Shown: positions 13,895-27,120, counted from the stretch's first letter. The stretch: 64,000 nt of DNA from Lama glama (GCA_028534125.1 CM052816.1:33792001-33856000); one strand, 5' to 3'. Notes: generated by a model not told the origin, from the letters alone. A program made the numbers and translations.

Positions 13895-14305
13895 AAGATT
13901 TGTACAAAAATATCATAGCAACTTTATTGAAATATCCCTCATTTGGAGAATGAATATTCTTCAGCAATAAAAAGAATGAGCTACTCATACATACGACATA
14001 GAAAAATGACAAAAATGCTATGTTGAGAGGAACAAGCAGACACCAAACAGGACAAAATGAATGGTTCAATTTAGGTAATGCTTACAAACAAGTAAAACCT
14101 CCAGTGGCAGAACAGTACATCGGTTGCCTCTGTAAGTTGGGTAACTTAACTAGAACAGAACATGAAGGAACTGCCCAGAGTGCAGGAAGTGTTCTGTACC
14201 TTGACCGGGACTTTGGTTGCTCAGATACATATATTTATTAAAACTCACTGAACTGTATGATTTTGATCTGTGCATTTCACTGTATGTAAATTTTATCTCA
14301 ATTAG
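13895..14305 (+). mobile_element. L1M 3' end fragment
   Basis: 'cagcaataaaaagaatgagctact...aaaactcactgaactgta...tgtgcatttcactgtatgtaaattttatctcaat'. Confidence 0.8.
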
Positions 14306-14733
14306 AATATAATCTTAGGGACTATTGCCTACGTTAAAGTTTTGAGAGTATGCGTACATAGGAAAATTTCTTCACATTATTGACATCATCAGTCCTGAAG
14401 GACTGATGTCATAAGACAGCTTTCTTCTCCAGTTATACTTTTCTAGTCACCGAATCATTTATTTCACTGCTTCTACTCTGTTCACTCAAATCATGAATGA
14501 TTCCCAATGATTTATATAGTTTTCTTTTTACTACCACTAGATTTTTCATGGTACCTAGCTTGACGGAGATAAGACAACTATTATTATGTGATTATATTTA
14601 ATCTCAACTTGCAATTGCTTAACATATGCGCATGCTAAGAACATCTCTTCTAGTCAGGACATATAGATCAGTCTCATTGCTTTTTTTGAATGCGGAGTAT
14701 GTCACAGCTTGGATATAAAAATTTATTTAATCA

Positions 14734-14890
14734 GGGAGGAGATAGCTCAGTGGTAGACTGCATGCCTAGCAAGCACAAAGTCCTTGGTTCAATCCCCAGT
14801 ATCTCCTTAGACAATAAACAAATAAAACCTAATTACTCCTCCCCCAATATAGTGCTGTATGTCAATTATATCTCAATAAAACTGGAAGGA
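14734..14890 (+). mobile_element. Camelid-type tRNA-derived SINE followed by an L1-type 3' tail
   Basis: A box 'tagctcagtgg', B box 'ggttcaatccc', tail 'aaacctaattactcctccccc', then 'tgtcaattatatctcaataaaactgg'. Flanked by a 17 bp imperfect TSD. Confidence 0.9.
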
Positions 14891-16503
14891 AAAAATTTTT
14901 TTAATTATTTAATTTTTTATTTATTGATGGTCACTTAATTTGTTGAATTTGTTGCATTGTTTTGTTTTTGATACTACAACTAGTTTTACAATGAACATTA
15001 TATTTGGCTTTATGAATTTAACTTTTGTTTCTATAAAATAGATTCCACACTTACTGCAATATTTTTTTACTTTCCATATTCTTGATAATACTTAAAACTC
15101 CATGAATGCTGACACATGTCTGTTAGTAAACTGTTGAATCCCTAGATATTAGCACAATAATTGGTTAATAGTAGGTTCTCATTAAGTGTTTGCTGAATGA
15201 ACTAATAAATGAATGATATGTATTCATATATTTATTTGATTACAAGTCTTAAGTAGCAGTTGATTAGCTAGGTAGTCCAGTCCCGTTTAATTTTAAGTCT
15301 CTGATGTGAAAATTTTTTGAGGAAATGCATGCCAGGTATACAAAAAATTACTGAAAGGAAAACCCTGAATAAATATGATAAATTTATTTACACAATAAAA
15401 AGTGAGAGGCTGAAATAACAGTCACAGATTAAGTGGAAAAACTTGAGGAAGAGCTTTTAAACCAAAACAAAAGCTAAATTTAGACTTTGTCAGTAGGTGA
15501 TTTAAGTGAATTCTAATCGCATAAATGTGGGAAGTGTTTATTCCACCTCACTTCAGTTTCAAAGGGAAGTATTTTGAGTTCTTGAACAATGGGGAAGCTT
15601 GGCCAAACAAGGATATGTTTTTTTGTTTTGTATAGTTCAACTAGAAATGAGGAGGATGATGTTTCCTAAAATGTGACAAAGGAATAAGCCTGGGCGGTGT
15701 CTTTGATTCAAGGTGCCTTCGGTAGGAGTCCCTACATTTTTCTGAATGTATCTGATTTTCCCTGAAACTCTGTAATCATGAGGAGCGTGAGGGGGTAGGG
15801 AGTGTCTGCACTTGCTTGTGTGTGTGTGCATACTTGCCTGCTTCTGCTCTATCAAAACACTAGTAGTGCAGACAATGTTTGTTGAGTTAAAAATTCAGTT
15901 AGCTGAGATGGGGGAGGGGGAACCTAAAAATGCGAGCATTGAAGATCCGAGGATGAAAGGGCAGTAGAGACGGGATTGCTCTCTACTAATGGAATCTTGA
16001 ACAACTAACATGAATAAACAGGACAACCAGCTTGTTGAAGATATAAGACCCAGAAACCAAATCTATTGAGTACCAGTCAAGGGTGTGTGCTTTTAAATAT
16101 TAAATGACTGAGCTTTATGAATTAGAATTGCAAGATTGAATCATATGCTATATACCAACAAATGCCTTTGTATTCAATACACTTTAAAACAATAAAAGGC
16201 AACAAGGGCTAATTCTATGAGCTAAGAACAGAGGGATGAATACTGATTTGCTTTTTGTTCCTTCATTTTTCCTAGGGAAAAAATTAATGCCTGCCCTTTA
16301 GTACATGACTATCTGCTGCAGTCAGCTGTGGTCTCAAGGCCATTTAGATAACTTTTCCCAATCGTATTACTCTACTGGGATGTTGCTGATCTTAGAGTTA
16401 TTTTGTTTCATGCTTTTCTTCTGAATTTGGGGACCACTTTTAATTTAAAATCTACTTTTCCTAATATATAATATAACATTGGCTCTCTTAGTACCAATAC
16501 TAG

Positions 16504-16888
16504 TATATTAGTTTGAGAGGGCTGCCACACTGAAGTATCACAGACTGGAGGACTTAAATGACATAAATATTTTTCTCACAATTCTGGGGACTAGAAGTCT
16601 GAGATCAAGAGGACAACAGGGTTGGTTTCTTTTGAGGCCTCTTCCCTTCGCTAGTAGATGATTATCTTCTCCCTGTGTCTTCACATGGTCTTCCCTCTGT
16701 GTGTCTCTGTCTTGATCGCCTCTTCTGATAAAGACACCAGTCAGGTAGGTCAGATTAGGGCCCATGCATATGACCTCATTTTAACTTAACTGCCTCTTTA
16801 AGGACCCTATCTTTAAATACAATTGCGTTCTGAGGTCCTGGAGACTTCAGTGTATGAGTTTTAGGGGAACACAGTTTAGCCCATAACA
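16504..16888 (-). mobile_element. MLT1B-like MaLR solo LTR
   Basis: 'gggctgccac...tctcacaattctggggactagaagtctgagatcaag...acagtttagcccataaca'. Confidence 0.88.
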
Positions 16889-18719
16889 GCCAGCACTTCG
16901 TACCCCCACCAGCACTGATGCAATGCACGTTTTTACTACAGTCTGGGTGAGGACTGGCTCACTGTCAACCATGTTGATAGTCTTCTTAGTGTAAGCAGAG
17001 AAAACTGGCCAGATCCAGCCCCAGAGGGGATATTTTTCTAGTTCCTTGCACTGTGGTTTGGAGTGGTGAGGGGCAAGAAGAGGAGAGGATGCCAAGGTTG
17101 GAGTCAGTTAATGAGTGTCTCAGCCCATACTTTTGCTCTGTGGTACAGCTTCCTCTTACCTTTGATCTTGTCATGCTTTTGGTAGTTTTTCAGGAGATGC
17201 CTGGGACTTGGTGCTCATTGGAAAGAAATCCAGATTTACTTTTTCCTTTAAGAATATTTACCTAATAGCCATATCTCTTCCTTGCTCCATCTTTCTCTAT
17301 TTTGCCCACCTTTATAACTCTCTTAATAACTGCAGGAGCAAAGATATGACTTGAGTTATTTTGTGGACCAGAGCGATTCTGAAGTCAGTTTTTGATACAG
17401 GCTTCCAAAGAAAGTATGTCTGCTTATCATCAAGAAAGAAAAAACCTAAGACATAAACTTTCTTTGTTTAATTTGCCTTCTCTTCTTATAACCATCAAAG
17501 AAGCAATGCAAAACATTCCTACCTAAGTGGAATTCCTTCTTGTCTAAGGTTGTTTTCTTTAGTTAACCTTCAAACTCTGCCACACTGTCCTTTAAGATAA
17601 TGTTCACTCTTCACAGAAATACAAATGCAATTTTCCTTTGCTAAGGAGATTGTTCTGAAAGCAAAATTCTAGATCATATAAGAGGTATAACACAGTGCCC
17701 GTAAGTGCTACAGAGCATTTTGAACGGGAGAGATTGACAGTGAATATAAATATAAGGCAATGTTTTGTAGAAGATGTTTGACTTAAATATACATCAGAGT
17801 ATTTGTGCCAGGATTTGGATAAATTGAGAGATGAGGGGGAAAAAAGACCAAAAAGAGTCTGGTTGCAAAAAAGAATGAGATATGCATTTCTCTTAATTTT
17901 GCTTTTTTAAGTTAATGTCTGCATTTTGAGATTTCTTATTTCATATGTTGGGTACACTACCCTTTCAGAGCATGGTCTGTGGAATCAGCTTGCTAGTTCC
18001 AGTCCTGTCTCTAGCAATGAAAAATGGAAGTGAAAGTAACACATACCCAATGCTGCTGTTGTGAGAGTTAAATGAGTTTAATGCATATTTAGTGTTTAGA
18101 CTATTGCATGGAAATATAATGATAATAATGACACATGACTTATTTAATAACTCAGAATAATTCATTTTTTCTCTGTTTCTATCTGAATTGATCCTGGTTC
18201 TTCACTTTTGTGTAATCTAAATCCATTGTGGCAAAGAAGTATATGATTTGGTTGCTTTTTTCACTTTACATTTTTGTTTACTATGGCAATTTTACCTTAT
18301 TTTATATTTTGTTCACCTTGTCCTCAAGACTAGTAGCTTTTAGAACAAGAAGACTTGTGTTAATTATAATATATGCCTTTACTGCAACTGGTTGAGAGAT
18401 TCTTAGGAATTTAGGCTGGCAAATTCAGATGTGTTTTAACTTTGCTAGAGATGATTTCTTAATTTCTAAGGATTGCTCTGTGTGTGCATGTCCACGTGCA
18501 TGTGTGTATGCTTGTTTCATATCTGCATAGGACTAGACCAACATGTTTGCCACTAATAATTTCCTACCTAAGGTTATACAAAAGATATTTAAAAGAAAGT
18601 AATTATCTCTTCTTGACCTTTGTTTCAAATCATATGCCAATGATTTTTAATAATTTGGGCTGATTAATTGTTCTTACATGTTGATAGTTATAGCCTCAAA
18701 GCTTAATTTATAACAACAA

Positions 18720-19265
18720 ATGTAACTTTTAATGCTTTTAGTAAGAGAATTACAAAACTGCTGAAAGATGTCCAAGAAGACCTAAAAAATGAAGAACTCT
18801 GCCATGATCATGAATTAGATGATTAATATTAAGATGTCAATTTTCCCCAAAATAACCTATGCATGCAATACCATCCCAATAAAAAAATACCAGGAGTTTT
18901 TTTTTTTTCTTGATGGAAATGGATAGGCTGACTCTAAATTCAATAAGTAAATGCAAAGGACCTAGAATCCAAAATACCAAAAAAAAAAAAAGGACAAAAT
19001 TGAGGACTTATACTAACAAATGTCAAGTCTTACTATAAATTCATAGCAATTAAGACATATTGATGCAGAAATAAACATAAAACCAAATAATATTAAATAT
19101 CCAAAAGAATATTTGCACATATACAGTGACCTGATTTATAATAAAGATGCCACTGCAACTCACTGGGAAAAAAGAGTTTTTTAAAAATAACTGTGCTGGA
19201 TCAATTGAATAGTAAGTAGAAAAAATTTAACCTGATTTTTATTTCACACCATACATGAAAATTAG
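18720..19265 (+). mobile_element. L1M ORF2 fragment
   Basis: 'gattaatattaagatgtcaattttcccc...caataccatcccaataaaaa...aaatgcaaaggacctagaat'. Confidence 0.85.
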
Positions 19266-19269
19266 TGAG

Positions 19270-19392
19270 TGTCTTTGTCAGCTCAGGCTGCCATAATGAA
19301 AAACCACAGATTGGATGGTTTAAACAACAGAAATTTGTTTTCTCACAGTTCTGGAGGCTAGAAAGTTCAATATCAAGGTTCCAGAGTATATG
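19270..19392 (-). mobile_element. MLT1 LTR fragment
   Basis: 'tcagctcaggctgccataa...aacaacagaaatttgttttctcacagttctggaggctagaa'. Confidence 0.85.
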
Positions 19393-19394
19393 GT

Positions 19395-20035
19395 AAGACC
19401 AGTGAGCATGGACTCAGAGCTGCATGCACTTCTTTCACTGTGAAGTGAGTTCCTTGATCAGAAACAGTGCTGTGTAAAATACTGCATTGGTGGATGAAGC
19501 ATTCTCTAAGTCCAAGGGTGGTAGTTTGGCAGAAGCATTGCATGCAGGGAAGGCTAATCCAAGTCAAGAAGGAAGTTGCCTGCCACGGGTAGCTGGCTGA
19601 TCACCTGGGGGAATAGTGACACATCAGTGTTGGTTCTGCTGCTGGCAGTTTGGGCACTCAGTGGTGGCGATGGCAGGTCAGCCATGGTGAAGGGAAGTCG
19701 ACGTTGCCAAGCCCATGTAGAACCTCCATCCTGGCCATCATGGCCACTTCGTTCATCAGCCCATCGAGAGATGATGGTGGTGGCTGGGGAGAGAGGCTGA
19801 CTGGTATCCATATAACATGTCATCCTATCCACTTGATTATTAATATCCTTCTCTGCTGAGGTCACCCTTTTATGAGCATTCACATGGGACACAAATATTT
19901 TCATGTTTTTTGCCCATTCGGGGAGGTCTGTACACATACCTCTTCCCTCAAATGCCTTGTCAACAATTTTCCAATCATACGCCTTCCAAGTCTCGGAATA
20001 TCCAGCCATGAATTGGTATATAATCTTACATCTGG
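19395..20035 (-). mobile_element. ERVL internal pol fragment (RNase H to integrase)
   Basis: Translates to 'WKAYDWKIVDK...GRGMCTDLPEWAKNMKIFVSHVNAHKRVTSAEKDINNQVDRMT' and 'SDQGTHFT', typical of ERV-L pol. Confidence 0.9.
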
Positions 20036-20039
20036 TTGG

Positions 20040-20592
20040 TATATTCAAGGAACCTACTTTATATATAAAGGCACAGATAGATTATAAGTAAATCTATGAA
20101 GAAAAGACATAACCATGATAACACTAATAAAAAGAAAGCTGGAGTAACTATATTAATTTCAGACAAAGCGGACTTCAAAGCAAGGGAAATTGTCAGTGAT
20201 TAAGAGGGGCATTACATAATGATATAGGAGTCAATTCTCCAAGAGGACTTAACAATCAATAATGTGTATATGCCTAACAATATAGCATCAAAATATGTCA
20301 TGGAACAACTGATAAAACTGTGTGAAGAAATAGATGAATCTATTAATAAAGTTAGAGACTTCAGTACCCCTTTATTAATAATTTCAGGCCCAGTGGCAGA
20401 AAATCCGTAAGAAACGGTTGAATTGATCAGTGCCATTAAGCAACTAGATCTAATTGACATTTATAGAATACTTCATAGAACAACAGCATAATATACATCT
20501 TTAACTCACATGGAACATTCACTGAAATAGATCACATTCTCAGCTAGAAAACACACCTTTACAAATTCAAAGAGTAGAGATCATACAAAGAG
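20040..20592 (+). mobile_element. L1 ORF2 endonuclease-region fragment
   Basis: 'aaagaaagctggagtaactatattaatttcagacaaag...tgtgtatatgcctaacaa...gagacttcagtacccc...atagatcacattct'. Confidence 0.88.
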
Positions 20593-20659
20593 GAGCACTT
20601 ATTAAACATTTCACGACATTGTTTGAATTTAAAAACAGTTTGGGAATGGTCTCTGCCCT

Positions 20660-21470
20660 AGAGGAAGGCATATTCATTACTCATTTATGTGAGAAATATT
20701 TGTTTAATAACAACTTAGGCTTTCTTCTAGGCTCTAATAATACAATGGTTTTTCTTTCACAGAATTTACATATTAGTAGGAAATGAGGGCAAGTAAACAA
20801 ACAATAGTGTGATAAATTATATGGTAAGGTAAATAGTGGCACAGGGAGAGACATTTAACTTCCTCAAAGCAATGATATTTAACCTAATATCAAAAGCGTA
20901 ATTACAAGTTTATCCAAGTAAAAGTGAGATTGCCAACAATAATCTGGGTGAAGGCATGTACAAAAGTTAGGGGCACATGGCATGTTCAGGGAACTGGAAA
21001 AATTTTTTATATAGTTGGAGCGTACGATTGAAAGCTGATCAGAGATTAAAATAGAAGTAAACTAGGATTGAATCAGAAAACATTTTGTGAACTCTGACAA
21101 GAAGATTAAACTTTTTCCTAAGGGCAATGAGAAGCCATTGAAGGATTTGAGCAGGAAGGAAGTATGATCATATTTCTATTCCAGGAAAGACATGCTGTCT
21201 TGGGCATGAAGGATGGGCTAGAGTAACTTAAAACCACAAGCAGGGAGAGACATCAGTTTTTATACATTAGCAAATATCTAGTCTAATGAGAAATGGTAAT
21301 GGTCTAATCAAGGGAAGTGAGAAAGACAGAAAGGTACATATTATGAATAGGAATCTATATTACTTCTGAATTAGTGAAGATAATTTCTTGGTTTCTAGTA
21401 TGAGCAAGTGAATTTATAAGGCAATGGAGAAGGAAGAGTTTTGCATAAGATGGCAAAGATCTTAGTTTTT
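20660..21470 (-). mobile_element. L2 LINE fragment (continues after the L1 insertion)
   Basis: 'ttactcatttat...aaatatttg' 3' end and 'gggcaatgagaagccattgaaggatttgagcagg'. Confidence 0.7.
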
Positions 21471-21774
21471 AAAATTTCTTTTTATTGAAGTATAGTTGAT
21501 GTACAATATTATGTAAATTAAAGCTGTATGATATAGTGATTCATAATTTTTAAAGATGATACTTCATGTATAGTTATTACAAACTATTGTCTCTAGTCCC
21601 TGTGTTGTTCAATATATCTTTGTAGCTTATTTTATACACAATAGTTGATACCTCTTAACCCACTGCCTCTATATTGCCCCTCCTCTCTTCCCTCTCCCCA
21701 CTGATAACCACTAGTTTGCTCTCTTTATTATGAGTCTGCTTCTTTTTTGTTATATTCACTAGTTTGTTGGTTTT

Positions 21775-22297
21775 TTTTAACATTTTTTATTGATTTATAA
21801 TGATTTTACAATGTTGTGTCAAATTCCAGTGTTCAGCACAATTTTTCAGTCATTCATGGACATATACACACTCATTGTCACATTTTTTTCTCTGTGATTT
21901 ATCATAACATTTTGTGTATATTTCCCTGTGCTATACAGTGTAATCTTGTTTATCTATTCTACAATTTTGAAATCCCAGTCTATCCCTTCCCACCCTCTAC
22001 CNNNNNNNNNNNNNNNNNNNNNNNNNNNNNNNNNNNNNNNNNNNNNNNNNNNNNNNNNNNNNNNNNNNNNNNNNNNNNNNNNNNNNNNNNNNNNNNNNNN
22101 NTATATGAGCGATCTCATATGGTATTTTTCTTTCTCTTTCTGGCTTACTTCACTTAGAATGACATTCTCTAGGAGCATCCATGTTGCTGCAAATGGCATT
22201 ATGTTGTCGGTTTTTATGGCTGAGTAGTATTCCATTGTATAAATATACCACCTCTTCTTTATCCAGTCACCTGTTGATGGACATTTAGGCTGTTTCC
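21775..22297 (-). mobile_element. Young camelid-type L1 3' end nested in the older L1 (contains an N gap)
   Basis: 'aacattttttattgatttataa...tcaaattccagtgttcagcacaatttttcag'. Duplicated flank agtttgttg at 21761 and 22298. Confidence 0.88.
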
Positions 22298-23044
22298 AGT
22301 TTGTTGTATTTTTTAGATTCCACATGTAAGTGATATCATACAATATTTATCTTTCTCTGTCTAACTTATTTCACTCAGCATCATGCCTTCCAGGTCCTCC
22401 TTTGTTGCAAATGGCAAAATTTCATCACTTTTTATGGCTGAGTATTATTCCATTGTTTATATATACATCACATCTTCCTTACCCATGCATCTGTTGATGG
22501 ACATTTACATTGCTTCCACATCTTGGCAATTTTAAATAATACTGCTATGAACTTTTGGGTGCATGTATCTTTTCAAATCAACTTTGTTTTTTGGGGGGTT
22601 TTTTGTTTGTTTTTTTCAGATATATACCCAAAAGTGAAATTGCTGGGTCATATGGTGGCTATATTTTTAGTGTTTGAGAAATCTCCACAGTGTTTCCCAC
22701 AGTGCACCCATTTATATTCCCACCAGCAGTGTATGAGGGTTCCTTTTTCTCCACATCCTTGCCAACATTTGTTATTTATGGTCTTTTAGATGATAGCCAT
22801 TCTGACAGGTGTGAGGTATTATCTCATAATTTTGATTTGCATTTCCCTGATGATTAATGATGTTGAGCATCTTTTCTGTGCCTGTTGGCCACCTGCATGT
22901 CCTCTTTAGAAAACGTCTATTCAGGTCTTCTGCCCACTTTTTACTCTGGTTGTGTTTTTGATGTTGAATTGTTTGAGCTGTTTATAAATGTTGGATATTA
23001 ACCCCTTATTGGTCCTATCATTTGCAAATATTTTCTCCCATTCA

Positions 23045-23146
23045 GTAGGTTGTCTTTTCGTTTTGTTGATGGTTTCCTTTGCTGTGAAAAAGCTTGTAGG
23101 TTGTCTTTTCGTTTTGCTGATGGTTTCCTTTGCTGTGAAAAAGCTT
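23045..23146. repeat. 51 bp tandem duplication inside L1 ORF2
   Basis: gtaggttgtcttttcgttttgYtgatggtttcctttgctgtgaaaaagctt twice, one mismatch. Confidence 0.95.
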
Positions 23147-26100
23147 TTCAGTTTAATTAGGTCCCATTTTTTATTTTTGTTTCTATTTCCTTTATTTTAG
23201 GAGGTATATCCAAAAAAGTTTATGCCACAGTTTATGTCAAAGAGTGTTCTACCTGTTTTCTTTTAGGAATTCTATAGTTTCTGGTCTTACATTTAGGTCT
23301 TTAATCCATTTTGACTTTATTTTTGTATATGGTGTTAGAGAATTTCTAATTTTTTTTTAACATGTAGCTGTCCAGTTTTCCCAGCACCACTTATTGAAGA
23401 GACTGTCTTTTCTCCCTTGTATATTCTTTCCTCCTTTGTAATATATTAATTGACCATTAGTACATGGGTTTGTTTCTGGGCTCTCTCTTTTGTTCCATTG
23501 CTCTTTGTGTCTGTTTTTATACCAGTAGCATACTATTTTGATTATTGTCAATTTGTAGTATAGTCTGAAGTCAAGGAGTATGATTCCTCCTTTCTCAAGA
23601 TTGTTTTGGCTATTCAGGGTCTTTTATGTTTCCACATAAATTTTAAAATTATTTGTTCTATTTCTGTGAAAAATGCCATTGCTATGTTGACAGGGATTGC
23701 ATTGAATCTGTAGATTGCTTTGGGTAGTATGGTCACTTTAACAATATTAATTCTTCCAATCCACGAATATGATACATTTTTCTATCTTTTTTGTCATCTT
23801 CAATTTCCTTCATCAATGCTTTATAGTTTTCCAAGTACAGGTCTTTTACCTCCATAGGTAGTTTTATTCCGAGGGTTTTTTTTTTTTTTTTTGATGTGAT
23901 GGCAAATGGGATTTTTTTCATGAATTTCTCTTTCTTATGCTTCATTGTTAGTGTATAGAAATGAAACCGATTTCTGTTTATTAATTTTGTATCCTTCAAC
24001 TTTACCGAAGTCATTGATGAATTACACTAGTTTTCTGGTAGCATCTTTAGGATTTTCTATGTGTAGTAGCATGAAATCTGTAGTGACAGTTTCACTTCTT
24101 CCTTTCCAATTTGGATTCCTTTCATTTCTTTCTCTTGTCTGATTGCTGTGGTTAGGACTTCCAATAATATCATGGATAAAAGTGGTGAGACTGGATATCC
24201 TTGTCTTGTTCCTTATCTTAGAGGAAATACTTTCAGCTTTTCACTGTCGAGCATGATGTTAGCTGTGAGTTTGTCATCTATGGCCTTTATTCCCTCTGTG
24301 CCCACTTCTGGTAGGTTTTTATCGTAAATGGATGTTGAATTTTATCCAAAGGTTTTCCTGCGTCTGTTGAGTTGATCATGTGGTTTTATTCTTCAGTTTG
24401 TTAAGGTGGTGTATCATGTTGACTGATTTGTGGACAGTGCAAAATCTTTGCCTCCCTGGGATAAGTACTACTTGATTATGGGGGATGAGTCTTTTAATGT
24501 ATCATTCAGTTTGGTTTGCTAATATTTTGTTGAGGATTTTTGCATCTATGTTCATCAGTGATATTGGCCTGTAATTTTCTCTCTCTCTCTTTTTTTTTTT
24601 TTTTGTGGTATCCTTATTTGGTTTTGGTATCAGGGTGATGCTGGCCTCATAGAATGAGTTTGGAAGTATTCCTTCCTCTGCAAACTTTTGGAAAAGTTTG
24701 AGAAGGATAAGTGTGAAATATTCTCTAAATGTTTGGTAGAATTCACCTGTGAAGCCATCTGATACTGGACTTTTGTTTGTTGTGAGTTTTTAAATTACTG
24801 ATTCAGTTTTATTACTGGTAATTGGTCTGTTCATATTTGATATTTCTTCCTGATCCAGTCTTAGGAGATTGTACATTTATAAGAATTTGTCTGTTTCTTC
24901 TAGGTTGTTCATTTTATTGATATATAGTTGTTCTTAGTAGTCTCTTATGATCCTTTGTATTTCTGTGGTGTCAGTTGTAGCTTCTTCTTTTTTATTTCTG
25001 ATTTTATTGTTTTGGGCCCTCTCCCTTTTTTTCTTAATGAATCTGGCTAAAGGTTTATCAGTTTTGTTTACATTTTTGAAGAACCAGCTTTTAATTTCAT
25101 TAATTTTTCTCTTTAGTCTCTATTTCATTTATTCCTGCTCTGATCTCTGATTTATTTCCTTCCACCCCAGGTCTTAGAGTTAGTGCCAGACTACTTGGCA
25201 GGCAGAGACATGTCCTAGAGTCTGGTTGCAGGGCCCGGGGATCTCAGAGATGGTGTCAGATACGGAGTCTGGGGTGTCCTGAAGCTTGTGTTAGTCTGCT
25301 AGAGGTCAGGGCCAGAGTCCAAGTGGTCTCAGGGCAGGGTCTGGCCTGCTGTGAGCAGACTGGGTCCTCAGGCTGGGGAATTGTGGTTTTCTTGCCTCTG
25401 ATGTCTGCCCTTTGGTGTGTGACGCTAGTCCAGAGGCTAAGCAGACTTCCTGGAATGCAGGGCGGGGGCCCAGGGAATTCTGAGGCTGGTGCCTGCCCAC
25501 TGGTGAGTGGAGCTGTGTCCTGGGCCCTTTGGTGGGCTGGGCCATGTCAAGAGGCAACTGTGGGCCCAGGATTCTTCAGGCAGCCTGTCTGCTGATGGGT
25601 GGGGCTGTGTCCCCTCCCATTTAGCTGCTTGGCCTGAGGCATCTCAGCACTGGCTGGGTGGAGCCTGGTCTTGGCTCTAATGAGCTAGAGAGAATATTCC
25701 ACACTAGCAGCTGCTAGCACCAGTGTTCACATGGTAGAAGAAGCTCCCAGGAAGGGCTGCTGCATGTCAGTGTCCTCAGGGTGAACTGCAGTTGCTTCCT
25801 GCCTCTGGGAGACTCTCCAAGACAAACAAGCTCCTATCAAATTACTATTTTTGCACTGGGTCCTGGAGCATGTGAGATTTTGTGTGCAGCCTTAAAGAGT
25901 GAAGTCTCTCTTTACCCCAGTCTTGTAGGGCTCTCGAAATTAAGCCCTGCTGACCTTCAAAGCCAAATGCTCTGGGGGCATGTCTCCCCAGTGCAGGACC
26001 CTTGGTTTGGGGAGTCCAACATAGGACTCAGCACTCTCAACCCTCTGGGAGAACCTCTGCAATGTGACTATTCTTCAGTTTGTGGGTCGCCCACTGGGGG

Positions 26101-26309
26101 TGTTGGACTTGATTATGTCGTGAGTTCGCTTCTCCTGCCTGCCTTGTTGTGGTTCCTTCTTTATGTCTTTAGTTGTAGAATTTCTTTTCTGGTATGTTCC
26201 GGTCTTTTTAATCAATGGTTCTGCAAATAGTTGTGATTTTGGTGTACTTGTGAGAGGAGGTGAACTCAGGGTCTTTCTACTCTGCCATCTCGATCTTGGT
26301 TTTTTTTTC

Positions 26310-27120
26310 TCTCATGTTGAGTTTCATGAGCTTATAGGAAACCCAGAGGTATTGAATGGGCCGTTGAAATAAACTACTTATGAATGAAGCTCAGGAAGGA
26401 TAAAAGAAGCAAGATAAAGCAATTTAAATTCATTACTCCATCCGGTGGAATTGGTTATGAGAATAGATGAGATTATTAAATACAAAAGTGTAGAGGAGAA
26501 GTGAAAAGGGCTTGGGACAGAATACTTAGGGACATAAACATTTTACAGAATGTCAGAAGAAGAAGAAGACTTTACAAACACAACTGAGTAAAAGAAGCGA
26601 GAATGGTAGCTAGAAACCAGAAGAGAGTCATATCTTAAAAGGCAAGAGAAGAAAGTCTTCCAGGAAGGAATATGAATTTAAAAAGATGAAATGTGTGAAA
26701 GGACAATATTGAGAAGTCACTTGGGTTTAATATCAAGTTGCTTTTTCTGAATATAGCAAAAGCAGTTTTGGGTGGAGTTATTGGCGTTGAAGCCAAATTG
26801 TGATGGATTTTGAAATAAACTAGAGGAAAAAAGAATAAGGACATACAAGAACTGCAGGAAGTTTGTTTCTGAAGGGGTAAATGGGTGGAGAGAGATAGGC
26901 TGGTAGCTACATCTAGGAAAGTTTTCTGTTGTATACTTTTAAGACGGGTGATACAGAGTATATTTAAATTCTGGTTGGAAGGTGCCTATAGAGGGAAACA
27001 GTAAATTTTAGGAGTGAGAAGTGATCCCTGAGTAGATGGAGAGGATGACATCCAAAAAACAGGTAAAGGAATTAGTTTTAAGCAAGATTAGAGAATTCTC
27101 TTCTATTTTAACTATTTTAA
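26310..27120 (-). mobile_element. L2 LINE fragment
   Basis: Purine-rich degenerate L2 body that continues the 20660-21470 piece. Confidence 0.6.

Larger units (their letters stand above)
21471..26291 (-). mobile_element. Internally deleted L1 (5'UTR joined to the 3' part of ORF2 plus 3'UTR)
   Basis: 3' end 'tttattgaagtatagttgat' at ~21482, ORF2 at ~22400-25160, GC-rich 5'UTR at 25165-26291. TSD gatcttagtttt / gatcttggtttt. Confidence 0.9.

Noticed and set aside
13797..13895. Short AT-rich direct repeat (ttttctaggta.ctatt)
   Set aside because: Slippage in low-complexity TA sequence. The tracts at 49945-50115 and 59350-59430 are similar.
14734..14808. tRNA gene
   Set aside because: It has A and B boxes but also a SINE tail and TSD, so it is a tRNA-derived SINE.
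19554..20048. Functional 164 aa retroviral protein
   Set aside because: A frameshifted ERVL pol fragment whose start lies at the junction with an L1.
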